From a virus: 64,000 nt of DNA. Below the pieces are notes generated by a model. That model was not told where the DNA came from. It worked only from the letters and a program-made list of their open reading frames with translations, and searched no databases. Location: positions 1-64,000 of the IMG/VR virus record IMGVR_UViG_3300045988_166055; one strand, written 5' to 3'. A program made the translations under genes and the position numbers. Positions 8,224 to 16,613 of this stretch are shown here, piece after piece (position 1 is the stretch's first letter; each line of letters begins with the position of its first letter).

Positions 8224-8233
8224 GAATCGTTAA
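8224..8233 (+). promoter_or_regulatory. variant motif site GAATCGTTAA
   Basis: Lies 80 nt upstream of ATG 8304 and overlaps the terminator 5' arm. Confidence 0.3.
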
Positions 8234-8274
8234 ATACATTGCAAGCAGAATAGTTTGCAATGTATTTTATTTTG
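8233..8274 (+). terminator. rho-independent terminator
   Basis: AATACATTGCAA 8233-8244 pairs with TTGCAATGTATT 8255-8266 (12 bp), then TTTTATTTT. Confidence 0.75.
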
Positions 8275-8303
8275 AGGTGATGATACTAGAAATTTGAAAA
8301 GAT

Positions 8304-9053
8304 ATGATAGTCAATATAGGATTACACATCAACACATTAACTAATGATCTGCGCCAAGCTCGCAATGATCGCAACCTATCAAGAAAGGAATATTTATCAA
8401 TGGATGTAGTAAAGAATATGCGTGGAAGTATGTGGTGGTTGAAAGACGAATTCGATAAGTATAAAGGTCAAAGAGGAATCCTTAGAGGTTCTAGACCAAT
8501 TATCATTATCAACAATCCTGCAAATGATTACAATGATTGTACTATCACTTATCTTCCTATCTCTAAGTGCGAATCTCATGCAGGAGATGACAGTCGAATT
8601 CAAATGTTCTACGAAGTACCTATTCAAATTCCTGGAAACAAATCAAGCTATGTATGTTGTAATAGTATTACAACTACAACTACCACACATCTAGGAGAAT
8701 ATATCGGGCAAATTTCAGAAAGTAAGCTAAAAGAAGTTGAAAACGAACTTATTCGTTATCTTTCTCTTTCTATTTCTGAAAAAGTAGTTACACGAGAGGT
8801 AGTAAAGGAAGTTAAGGATCTAGAAAAGACGCCTAAAACAACTGCTTTTTCTATTACAGATGCTGTCGCTTGCCCTGAGCTCAAAAAAGTATATTCTAAT
8901 TGTACTGAGATGGCCAAAGAACTTGACTGTTCTCCTGCATCTATCAGTAAAGCAAGTAGATGGGGAAGTAAGCTGATGCACAAATATACTGTGTTTAAGG
9001 TAGCAACTGCTACTGGAAATTATATTGATAAAACTAAGGAGGAAAACAAATGA
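8304..9053 (+). CDS. PemK/MazF-like domain protein with a C-terminal HTH-like region
   Basis: GSMWWLKDEF...RGSRPIIIINN...ITYLPISKCES...SSYVCCNSITTTTTTHLGEYIGQISESKLKEVENELIRYLSL follows the PemK/MazF SH3-like barrel pattern. The start is uncertain (ATG 8401 is an alternative). Confidence 0.4.
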   Translation: MIVNIGLHINTLTNDLRQARNDRNLSRKEYLSMDVVKNMRGSMWWLKDEFDKYKGQRGILRGSRPIIIINNPANDYNDCTITYLPISKCESHAGDDSRIQMFYEVPIQIPGNKSSYVCCNSITTTTTTHLGEYIGQISESKLKEVENELIRYLSLSISEKVVTREVVKEVKDLEKTPKTTAFSITDAVACPELKKVYSNCTEMAKELDCSPASISKASRWGSKLMHKYTVFKVATATGNYIDKTKEENK

Positions 9054-10018
9054 GTGAACTACTCTACATTCCTGGTGTTCTTTGGCAAGACCTGGGAACA
9101 AGAACTGATCCAGAATGCGAAACAATTGACAGCTTGATTAAGAAATCTGGTGCTAACTACACTGTATCTGCATACAAGATGTATACAGAAGTTACAAACA
9201 GAGTAGAAGGTTATCATGCTGTATACAGAGATGATGACAAGCGTCTGATGTGTGTAGTAAATAATTACTATCCTCAAATCATCCAAAATGGTTTTACATT
9301 TTCTATTATGAAACCGTTGATGGCTGCTGGGCTTGTATCGCTTGAGTTTGTCTCTGTAGCAGCAGGTGGGTTATATCACTACGGTGTATTCAAATCTACA
9401 AAGACATACAAAATTCTTGACGAAGACATTGAGCATTATTTCCTTGTCGTAAATGACCACAGCAAGCCAGATGGAAAAGTCGCAGTATACAACCTTCCTG
9501 TAAGAAAGAAGAATAAAACAATCCTCCTTTGCTCAATGACGAATAGCGCATACAAGCTTCGTATGCCAGTTTCTGAAGACGAAAAGTCAAATGAAGCTAT
9601 TGCAAGCATGATCATGTCTTCAGTTGACGACGCATTTCTTTGGTGCGAAATCAAGCTAAAGAAGCTATACGATAAGAAGATTGAGCTCGAAGAAGTTACT
9701 AAAGTTATTGACGAATTGTTTCCGTATGTTTCTACATCTGATGGAGAGATTCTAGATACTAAGACGAACGAAAAAGTTGATGAACTTAGAAGCACTTTCC
9801 AGGAATGTATTGATTCAGATGACAATGATGAATACCGTCAAACAGCACTATATCTTTACTTTGGCATTTTAGATTATACACAGCACTATTGGAACGATGC
9901 AGGAAAGGGATATGACATCAACAAGAAGATGACAATTGTTCCGGGATTCTTCGCTTCTATTGATACAGAGGGGGGAAAGGTAGGAAAACTCATGAAAATG
10001 ATATATCCTAAGAAGTAA
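9050..10018 (+). CDS. DUF932-like protein (distant paralog of 53786-54730)
   Basis: The N-terminus VLWQDLGTRTD...LIKKSGANYTV parallels VPWHGLGTIVQ...LHLAGLDWNV of the clearer DUF932 protein. ATGA overlap with the upstream gene. Confidence 0.35.
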   Translation: MSELLYIPGVLWQDLGTRTDPECETIDSLIKKSGANYTVSAYKMYTEVTNRVEGYHAVYRDDDKRLMCVVNNYYPQIIQNGFTFSIMKPLMAAGLVSLEFVSVAAGGLYHYGVFKSTKTYKILDEDIEHYFLVVNDHSKPDGKVAVYNLPVRKKNKTILLCSMTNSAYKLRMPVSEDEKSNEAIASMIMSSVDDAFLWCEIKLKKLYDKKIELEEVTKVIDELFPYVSTSDGEILDTKTNEKVDELRSTFQECIDSDDNDEYRQTALYLYFGILDYTQHYWNDAGKGYDINKKMTIVPGFFASIDTEGGKVGKLMKMIYPKK

Positions 10019-10036
10019 AAAATTTCAAAAAATACA

Positions 10037-10066
10037 AGAGATGGGCTAAAAGTCCATCTCTTTTTT
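10037..10066. terminator. bidirectional terminator between convergent genes
   Basis: AGAGATGG 10037-10044 pairs with CCATCTCT 10054-10061. A-run upstream, TTTTTT downstream. Confidence 0.7.
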
Positions 10067-10077
10067 ATTTATGTAAA

Positions 10078-10842
10078 TCAGAAAGCTTCTCTAAGATCTT
10101 GGCTTGACCTTAATCTAGAATAAAGTATTATTTCTGCTGTTTTTAGTTTACCACGAATAGTCCTATCATCTATTCCATAGATATCACAAATTTCAAAAAT
10201 ATCATTGTTTGTAAGTTTTCTTTCTCTATCTATCATCTCTCTTATCAATAATTCTTCTACTGTATCATATTTATCAGTAAGTTCTTCATCAAATTTGCTA
10301 AAAGATCCTTCTTCTGAAGATAAAAATGGTTCATGAGTGTCTAAATCTGCTATATAAAGTGTTCCAAATATGGCCTTCAAAGAATTCATCTTTTCGGCAG
10401 GTAAATTTAATCTAGGATCCATAAGATCATCGTACTTTACTTGCCCCCAGTGTTTTCCAAGTTGTTTTCCGACCTCCATACATAGAGAACGACGTATAGA
10501 ATATTTAACTTCATTCAGCTCTCTTTCTATCATCTCACCTACACGGAGTTTGAAAAACACTGTAAAAGAAAGATCGCATCGGTATCCTTTATGAGTTTCA
10601 TCACCCTGCCATAGATACCACCACCAGCATTCGCAAAAGTGCAGCAAGGCTGACTGAAGCTTATCTTCATATGTAACAGAAGTATTGTTTATGAATGTAT
10701 GCGATGCTATGTACCCGAAAAAAGAATAGTTAAGTTCAATTACTCTGTCACGAACATCTGTACGTTTCATTCTAAGTTCTTTTTCTTGAGGAAGAGATTG
10801 ATATAGTCGTATAGTTTCTTCTTTGATTTCTTTCATATTCAT
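10078..10842 (-). CDS. sigma-70-family-like transcription factor (putative phage sigma)
   Basis: Region-2-like RDRVIELNYSFFGYIASH...YEDKLQSALLHFCECWWWY...FTVFFKLRVGEMIEREL. Region-4-like HTH LTNNDIFEICDIYGIDDRTIRGKLKTAEIILYSRL. The track start 10851 is TTG; ATG 10842 is more likely. Confidence 0.5.
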   Translation of the reverse strand: MNMKEIKEETIRLYQSLPQEKELRMKRTDVRDRVIELNYSFFGYIASHTFINNTSVTYEDKLQSALLHFCECWWWYLWQGDETHKGYRCDLSFTVFFKLRVGEMIERELNEVKYSIRRSLCMEVGKQLGKHWGQVKYDDLMDPRLNLPAEKMNSLKAIFGTLYIADLDTHEPFLSSEEGSFSKFDEELTDKYDTVEELLIREMIDRERKLTNNDIFEICDIYGIDDRTIRGKLKTAEIILYSRLRSSQDLREAF

Positions 10843-10935
10843 AAACAACAACTCACTTTATTTTTCAATTTTGTATTCGCACCTAAAAACACAACCTTTG
10901 ATAATCTTGAATGCACAATTATTGTCTTCAATATT

Positions 10936-10964
10936 ATTATATTTAATAGAAATAGGAAAGTCAA
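10936..10964 (-). promoter_or_regulatory. consensus sigma-A/sigma-70 promoter (early), drives the sigma-like gene
   Basis: The minus strand reads TATTGACTTT-cctatttctattaaa-TATAAT. The -35 TTGACT is 10964-10959, the spacer is 17 nt, and the -10 TATAAT is 10941-10936. Confidence 0.7.
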
Positions 10965-11119
10965 TAGAATTTTTGAATATTTATTTGATTTTATTTATTT
11001 TATCTATTTGAAAACTGTAGAATAAAATTAAAGTATTAACGAATCGTAAATTTTTTATAAATTTTTGTTTCATGCCTATTTTGATAATAATCATAAGATG
11101 TGCCAAATTCAAGAAGTTC

Positions 11120-11560
11120 ATTATGAAATATTCAAATATCTAAATAAGTAGATATTCAAATTGAAAGAAATTGAATATTTCATTTAATTTTAATTTTCAA
11201 TAATATTTCAAATTGATGTAGTAATATTTCATATTCTTTCAAATTCGTTAAAATTTACAATTTTTGAATATTTCATAATCTTTCAAATTAGTTGTAAATA
11301 TCACTAAATATTTCAATTTGATAGAAATTGGTTAATTTTATAATATTCCTGAATATTTCAAATTCACTAAAATTTTCAAAATATTTCAATTTGTAAATAT
11401 CACATAATCTTTCATATTTATTCAATTTGAAGTAAAATGTAAATTCCATTGTTTTATTCAAATCTTCATATTTTAGAGTATTCAGTAAAATTGAAAGAAA
11501 ATGAAAATTTCAAATTCGAATAAAATTAAAATTTGATTTCAATTTGAAAGATTTTCCAAT
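11120..11560. repeat. AT-rich array of dispersed AATATTTCA(A/T)(A/T)TT repeats (iteron-like)
   Basis: Copies or variants start at 11127, 11152, 11174, 11202, 11223, 11267, 11307, 11352 and 11380, with TTTCAAATT half-sites at 11237, 11281, 11508 and 11538. TTGTAAATATCAC occurs at 11292 and 11391, and ATAATCTTTCA at 11276 and 11404. No ORF. Confidence 0.6.
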
Positions 11561-11808
11561 TTTCATCTCGCATATATAATATCTTTGAGATAATAGAGTG
11601 AATGAAATGAACGATATAAAAGAGAAAAAGAAATAATTGAAATAAGGATATAATAGCGCCTCGCCACTCTAGAAATAAAAATAAGCTCGCAAAGCTCGCA
11701 TAGAGCGCTTTACGATGATAGCATAAATTTGCTTTTTATGGATGAAATCGAACCGCATTGACCTTCATACTAAGAAACAAAAAATTTCAAAATTTTCTAA
11801 CAAAGGTA

Positions 11809-11837
11809 TTGACTTTTCGACAAAAAGGTATTATACT
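11809..11837 (+). promoter_or_regulatory. consensus sigma-A/sigma-70 promoter (early)
   Basis: GGTATTGACTTTT...TATACT. The -35 TTGACT is 11809-11814, the spacer is 17 nt, and the -10 TATACT is 11832-11837. TGTAG follows 5 nt downstream. Confidence 0.7.
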
Positions 11838-11939
11838 ATGCGTGTAGGTTAAGTTAACTGGTGAACAACTCTTGATCAGTTAGCTAAAGTAGCTGTAGCG
11901 AAGAGCTCACCTAGTTGATATAGATAGACCATTGAAGAA

Positions 11940-11949
11940 GAATCGTTAT
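11940..11949 (+). promoter_or_regulatory. GAATCGTTAT motif site inside the long leader
   Basis: Exact 10-mer, 326 nt upstream of ATG 12266. Confidence 0.35.
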
Positions 11950-12009
11950 TCTACTTGCACCTGGTCATAAAATTTCAAATAAAATACAGAGTCAAAGTTG
12001 GGTCACATG

Positions 12010-12238
12010 GAGTGCCAATTTTGTACTCCCTATCAACTAATTCAAATTACTATTGAGAGAGTTGACTGCTTGATATCCGTCAGGGTATCTGGCAGGTCAG
12101 TAGGGATTTGGATTAGCAGGAAAACAGCAGTTTAGTAAGATAGGGCGGAGACGCTTAAGCGTTACTTCGTCGTCAGGTGTTCGCTGCACATGACAGCTAT
12201 TCTGAACTCTGCTGGTAGTGAGTGCAAAATTGACACTC
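12010..12238 (+). ncRNA. candidate structured RNA domain (leader element or stable ncRNA), class unknown
   Basis: Outer helix GAGTGCCAATTTTGTACTC 12010-12028 pairs with GAGTGCAAAATTGACACTC 12220-12238 (19 positions, 1 mismatch, 1 G-U). Nested inside are a hairpin at 12063-12099, the helix CAGCAG 12125-12130/CTGCTG 12209-12214, and hairpins at 12144-12171 and 12179-12207. The segment is locally GC-rich. Confidence 0.4.
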
Positions 12239-12265
12239 TATTTGCTTTATACGGAGGAAATTTGA

Positions 12266-13414
12266 ATGGATATTTATACAGCATTGAAATCAGCTTCAAA
12301 GCTTGAAAATTTCATACTTAGCGAGTTTGATTTCAAAAAAGGAATGTACAGCACAACATTCGCAAAGCTGAATTCTATTTCTGAGAAGTGTGAGATGATC
12401 CATTCAAAGATCAAGTCTTGCGTGAAAGTTGATAAAGATATTCATGAAGAAGATCCTATGAAGAAAGCTATTGAATTATCAAACCAGCTTAATGAAATTC
12501 TTGATAGAATATCTTCAAATGGTTCGACCATATCGTCTTCATATGATGATATGGTCAATTTGCATGATACTGTTAAATGCTGTGCAGATAAGCTCGGGAT
12601 AGATACAAGTGAACATGATACACCTAAATCAGGGTTAGATGAAAAATTAGATATGATACTGTGTATGCTGAAGGGTGGCCAAGAACATATAGTTTCATGT
12701 AATAAAGACATTATTCTAAAAGATGGTACACATGAACTTGAGTCAGAAGAAAATGATAATTCTAAAGAAATCCAACCAGCTGCATCAGAGAGAGCACAGA
12801 TGCCTAAGAAAGATATTTTGAAACTATATTCTAGTACAATTAAATCAGCAAAAATTGTCTCTACTGGATACAAAGAATCTGATATGTTGAAGGACATCAT
12901 CTGCAGATGGTTTGAAACAAGATTTTCAATGGCTAAGAAAAACAAGTTTACATATAACTTGGCAGATATGTCTAAGTGGGTTCAAAGTATTACAATTGCA
13001 TTTTCGGAGGCTTATTTGTCAGGCAATATGGATGAATTCAATAGAAATTTTGATTCCTGGATAGAAGATGTCAATTCCGGTGAAAACAAATACCCTATTC
13101 CATACTTTGTGAAAGATGCGTATGATAACCCATCCGAAGAAGCATTCAAAGAGTTTACATTCTCTGTTTGGGAGCTCGTCTTAACTAGAGCTTTTAATAA
13201 CCTAATAATGTTCAAGTCAATCCCCATAAAGTACATTTATCAGGAATCTTGTTTCTTAGGAATAAATGATGTAGTAAACTATCTTGATAGGCTTTACATG
13301 GATAATCAAACCAAATATCGAACTTCTGAGTATTCAAAACCTTATCATGAAGATAACTTTTTCAGAAGCAAACCATATCTCACTTGTTTAGAGGAGGTGA
13401 ATGCAGATGTCTAA
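12266..13414 (+). CDS. hypothetical early protein
   Basis: 382-aa ORF with SD ACGGAGGAAA upstream. No family recognised. Confidence 0.6.
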   Translation: MDIYTALKSASKLENFILSEFDFKKGMYSTTFAKLNSISEKCEMIHSKIKSCVKVDKDIHEEDPMKKAIELSNQLNEILDRISSNGSTISSSYDDMVNLHDTVKCCADKLGIDTSEHDTPKSGLDEKLDMILCMLKGGQEHIVSCNKDIILKDGTHELESEENDNSKEIQPAASERAQMPKKDILKLYSSTIKSAKIVSTGYKESDMLKDIICRWFETRFSMAKKNKFTYNLADMSKWVQSITIAFSEAYLSGNMDEFNRNFDSWIEDVNSGENKYPIPYFVKDAYDNPSEEAFKEFTFSVWELVLTRAFNNLIMFKSIPIKYIYQESCFLGINDVVNYLDRLYMDNQTKYRTSEYSKPYHEDNFFRSKPYLTCLEEVNADV

Positions 13415-14585
13415 AATAAAGTTTGAGAACATTACAGATAGTTTATCATATCCTCCTGCAAACGAATCTGCTATTTCTGTTACGCACAATGCTATAATTT
13501 CTTCTGCTATCTCACTATTCAAGAACACTTACGAATTCAAGAAAAATGTAATACGGTCAATGAATATAATTTCATACTGTATGATAAAAAATATAACAAT
13601 AAATAGCAGATGGGAGTCCAGTAACTTCTGTGAAGGTCTTGAGAACATTTCAGAGGATACATTGAAATCTGTTTTAGGCAAGACATACATCAATATGAAA
13701 GACATAGACTGGAGTAGTTGCTATTCGGAATTTGAATCTGATGAGAGGCGTTCAGCAAATATTGATGATAAGGCAGAAGAAAAGAAAGAATACAAAATTG
13801 ATGAAATACTAGCTAATACAAATCCAGAAGACGTATATGACGAGCATCCAAAATCATCTCCAGAAGACCTTTATTTGAATGGGCCCCGTATTCCAAGAAT
13901 TGATACTTCAAAAGTATGGAGGAGCGGAGATATAGATGGAACCAAGCTTTGCATATATTATTCCCTTCCTCGTGTACCAACTGTTCAGTCAGAAATCTCA
14001 GTCACAACTAATCCAGATGAACTAACTGACTCAGAACTTCTTCACCTTTATCCTGATTGTATGTTTTACACAAGACCAATGGAAGTTTATTCTGTTGCTT
14101 GTGGAATGGATATTCATCCTACTTATGGTGGAGTTCCTAAAATTAAGGGATTTACAAAGAAGCAAGTAATTGATAACATCATCAAGTATCCTTGTATTGA
14201 TGGCCTTACTCGTGTAGGAAAAAAGAAAGGTCAACTCGTTTTTGTTGAATTTGAAAAGTTCATGGAAGTGGACGGTGAGCTTTATAAAACAACAGACATG
14301 ATGGATAAGATCCCTGAAATGAAGAGTATTAAGAAAACATGGCCTGTAATAAGAGAGTACGTTGTCCGTCGTTATTTGTTAGAGAGAGATATAAAAGGAA
14401 TTGAGCATAAATATCCTATGTTTGGAACTCTAGATCCTTTTGTTACGCTTTTCATGCCATCTAAAATTTATAGAGAAGAAGGATATAAAGACTCTGTAGA
14501 TATTGCAAGACAATGTGTCAAGTCAAGAGTATCTTATCTTCAAAGCAGAAATCCTGTAATAAGGAGGCTTGAGGAAAATGAATAA
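13401..14585 (+). CDS. hypothetical protein
   Basis: 394-aa ORF. The start is ATG 13401 or ATG 13407 (after GAGGAGGTGA). Confidence 0.6.
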   Translation: MQMSKIKFENITDSLSYPPANESAISVTHNAIISSAISLFKNTYEFKKNVIRSMNIISYCMIKNITINSRWESSNFCEGLENISEDTLKSVLGKTYINMKDIDWSSCYSEFESDERRSANIDDKAEEKKEYKIDEILANTNPEDVYDEHPKSSPEDLYLNGPRIPRIDTSKVWRSGDIDGTKLCIYYSLPRVPTVQSEISVTTNPDELTDSELLHLYPDCMFYTRPMEVYSVACGMDIHPTYGGVPKIKGFTKKQVIDNIIKYPCIDGLTRVGKKKGQLVFVEFEKFMEVDGELYKTTDMMDKIPEMKSIKKTWPVIREYVVRRYLLERDIKGIEHKYPMFGTLDPFVTLFMPSKIYREEGYKDSVDIARQCVKSRVSYLQSRNPVIRRLEENE

Positions 14586-15162
14586 CTGCATATACACTCC
14601 GTATTGTACATACAAGCAATGTGATCTTGCTTGTCCTGCAAACACAGAGATCAGTTATTGGATGAAGAGATGCGGAATCTCCATGAAGAATCCTTGTTTA
14701 TCCGCAAGCAAGAATAAGATAGATAAAGCAAGTGAGCTTCTTTATGAACATTCTGGAGAAACTTGTTATTACAAGTCTTCAAATCCTATGGAAGCTGCAG
14801 ATATCCTCTGTTATACAGCTATTTGTTTGCATGGAAGAGGAACTGCATTAGGAAACGGAATTTACTATCTTGACTATGCTTCCTACATTGATAAGATAAA
14901 AGACAGTTGGAATGACCATATTGAATCTTATGACCTTCAAATGATTAAGGTTTGGATAAATGCAGCGAAGTATCTCTTTATCTCAAATCTTGACTATGTT
15001 AAGTTTGGAGACTTTGAAAGCCAGACTATGCTGAAGCTTTTCAATGATAGAAGAGATTCAGACAAAACAACATTCCTTATTTCAGGTAAAGAGGACTTGA
15101 TAGGGGTTGGAAATTTCTTTCCTCGTCTTCAGTCAGTTTTGAAGGGAGTGCTTGTTGAATGA
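14578..15162 (+). CDS. hypothetical protein, possible degenerate DnaC/DnaI-like helicase loader
   Basis: Lies directly upstream of the helicase and overlaps it. N-terminal Cys cluster. LFISNLDYVKFGDFESQTMLKLFNDR...TTFLISG resembles a DnaC box, but I found no Walker A. Confidence 0.3.
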   Translation: MNNCIYTPYCTYKQCDLACPANTEISYWMKRCGISMKNPCLSASKNKIDKASELLYEHSGETCYYKSSNPMEAADILCYTAICLHGRGTALGNGIYYLDYASYIDKIKDSWNDHIESYDLQMIKVWINAAKYLFISNLDYVKFGDFESQTMLKLFNDRRDSDKTTFLISGKEDLIGVGNFFPRLQSVLKGVLVE

Positions 15163-16532
15163 CAAACTCGGTAGAACTTCAGGTCATTTGTAGGCTTCTA
15201 ACTACACAAGATGCTAGTGAAGTTGACCGACTTTGCTCATTTGATGATTCTTACTATTCTGTATTCAAGGATCAAATAAATTTCATACTTGAGCATAGGG
15301 AGAAGTATGGTGATGTACCAGATCTTTTTACTTTTCAAGCTCAATTTGAAGATGTTGTAATTGTAGAAGTAAATGAACCTGTAACTTACTTAGAGGACCA
15401 GCTCCGTAAGAACAAACAGCATATTCTTTTTCTTCAAACATTCAATAAGCTAACAGATTTAGGTTCTGCAGATGTATCTGAAGCATGGGCTTATCTACAA
15501 TCTCAGTGCGAAAAAGCTGCTTCGCTTGATTCATCAAATCCTGTTAATATTGTAACAGAAGCGTTCAAACGAAGTGATGAGATCATTTCTTTCAACAAGC
15601 AGAAAAGAATACCAACAGGATTCAAAGAGTTAGATAAGGTAATGTACGGAGGCTTATCTACAGTCGAAGAATTGTGCTTGATAGTAGCAAGAACCAACTC
15701 CGGTAAGAGCTGGGTTTGTACAAAGATGATGGAGTGCGCTCAATTGAACGGATTTCCAGTCCTTTATTACAGCCCGGAAATGCAATCTTCTTTCATTGGT
15801 ACTCGATTTGATACTTGGAGAGGGCATTTTAAGAACAGTGATCTTCAAAGAGGTATGTACAATGAAGAGTACTTCAATTACTTGAAGAAGCTTGTTACAG
15901 AAGAAACTGGAGCTCTAGTTGTTGAAGATAAAGATATGTCAGAAGGTAAAACAACTGTTAGAGCAATGGAGAATTTGGTCAAGAAGCATCATATTAAGCT
16001 ATTGATAATTGATGGCCTATCTTATATGTCTGACACAGAAAGAGCTGACAGCGATGTTCTACGATACAAGAACATTTGTAATGGCTTATTCAGACTCAGC
16101 AAAACATATGGCTGCGCAGTTGTTGTTGCAGTTCAAGCCAATCGTGAAACTAAAGGAAACACTGATGAAAAAGGTATTCCATTTCCAGATCTAACAAACA
16201 TTGAAGGATCTGATCATCCAGGTAGAATTGCTACACAAGTATTTGCTCTCAGACAACTTTTTGAGGAACACACTCTTGAAATAAAGTTGCTTAAATCTAG
16301 AAATGCAAAGAATACAAATCAAACTTTCGCATATGTTTGGGACCCGAATACAGGATCTACTGAATACATATCAGATAGTTCTGATTCTGATTCGCCTCTA
16401 CCTCCTCCTTCAGCACCTGGTCAGCTTCCTAAGTTATCAACACCAACAGTTTCAGCAAAGATTGTTCATAATGAACCAGATGAAAGCTTAATTTCAGATG
16501 ACGACGATGACCTAGACGATGTCGAATTCTAA
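15159..16532 (+). CDS. dnaB: replicative DNA helicase, DnaB-like, with an acidic C-terminal tail ending in Phe
   Basis: GFKELDKVMYGGL, Walker A ARTNSGKS, Walker B LLIIDGLSYM, AVQANRE. The C-terminus is ...SDDDDDLDDVEF. Confidence 0.85.
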   Translation: MTNSVELQVICRLLTTQDASEVDRLCSFDDSYYSVFKDQINFILEHREKYGDVPDLFTFQAQFEDVVIVEVNEPVTYLEDQLRKNKQHILFLQTFNKLTDLGSADVSEAWAYLQSQCEKAASLDSSNPVNIVTEAFKRSDEIISFNKQKRIPTGFKELDKVMYGGLSTVEELCLIVARTNSGKSWVCTKMMECAQLNGFPVLYYSPEMQSSFIGTRFDTWRGHFKNSDLQRGMYNEEYFNYLKKLVTEETGALVVEDKDMSEGKTTVRAMENLVKKHHIKLLIIDGLSYMSDTERADSDVLRYKNICNGLFRLSKTYGCAVVVAVQANRETKGNTDEKGIPFPDLTNIEGSDHPGRIATQVFALRQLFEEHTLEIKLLKSRNAKNTNQTFAYVWDPNTGSTEYISDSSDSDSPLPPPSAPGQLPKLSTPTVSAKIVHNEPDESLISDDDDDLDDVEF

Positions 16533-16540
16533 TGATTAAG

Positions 16541-16580
16541 ACCCGCTGATCGTTATATGATCAGCGGGTTCGCTTTGTTG
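16541..16580 (+). terminator. rho-independent terminator
   Basis: ACCCGCTGATC 16541-16551 pairs with GATCAGCGGGT 16559-16569 (11 bp), then a T-rich tail. Confidence 0.7.
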
Positions 16581-16613
16581 TATCGTTAAAGAAAGTACAA
16601 AGAAGGTGAATAT

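Noticed and set aside
11120-11560. The AT-rich repeat array could be a ToxI/CptI-like tandem RNA antitoxin mimic or a CRISPR-like array.
   Set aside because: Repeat spacing is irregular (about 21-45 bp) and orientation is mixed. Units are short and degenerate, with no constant repeat-spacer periodicity.
12051-12110. TTGAGAGAG...ATCTGGCAGGTCAGTAGGGATT superficially recalls the TPP riboswitch core (CUGAGA...AUCUGG...GCCAGCGUAGGGA).
   Set aside because: The P5-type hairpin CUGG-loop-CCAG is absent, and the spacing and other conserved positions do not fit. I treat it as coincidence pending cmsearch.
12007-12135. A 42-codon ORF (MECQFCTPYQ...) inside the structured leader.
   Set aside because: There is no SD-like sequence upstream and it overlaps the predicted helices. 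It is kept only as an alternative explanation in the finding.
11838-12265. Retron msr/msd-like RNA (long inverted repeat flanking a structured region).
   Set aside because: No reverse transcriptase gene occurs anywhere in the window, and the flanking repeats do not have the a1/a2 arrangement next to a conserved branching G that I could identify.
16546-16600. GATCGTTAT and TATCGTTAA near the helicase terminator as additional promoter-motif copies.
   Set aside because: The first lies in the terminator stem-loop and the core differs at the first position. It was counted only as a possible variant, not as evidence.
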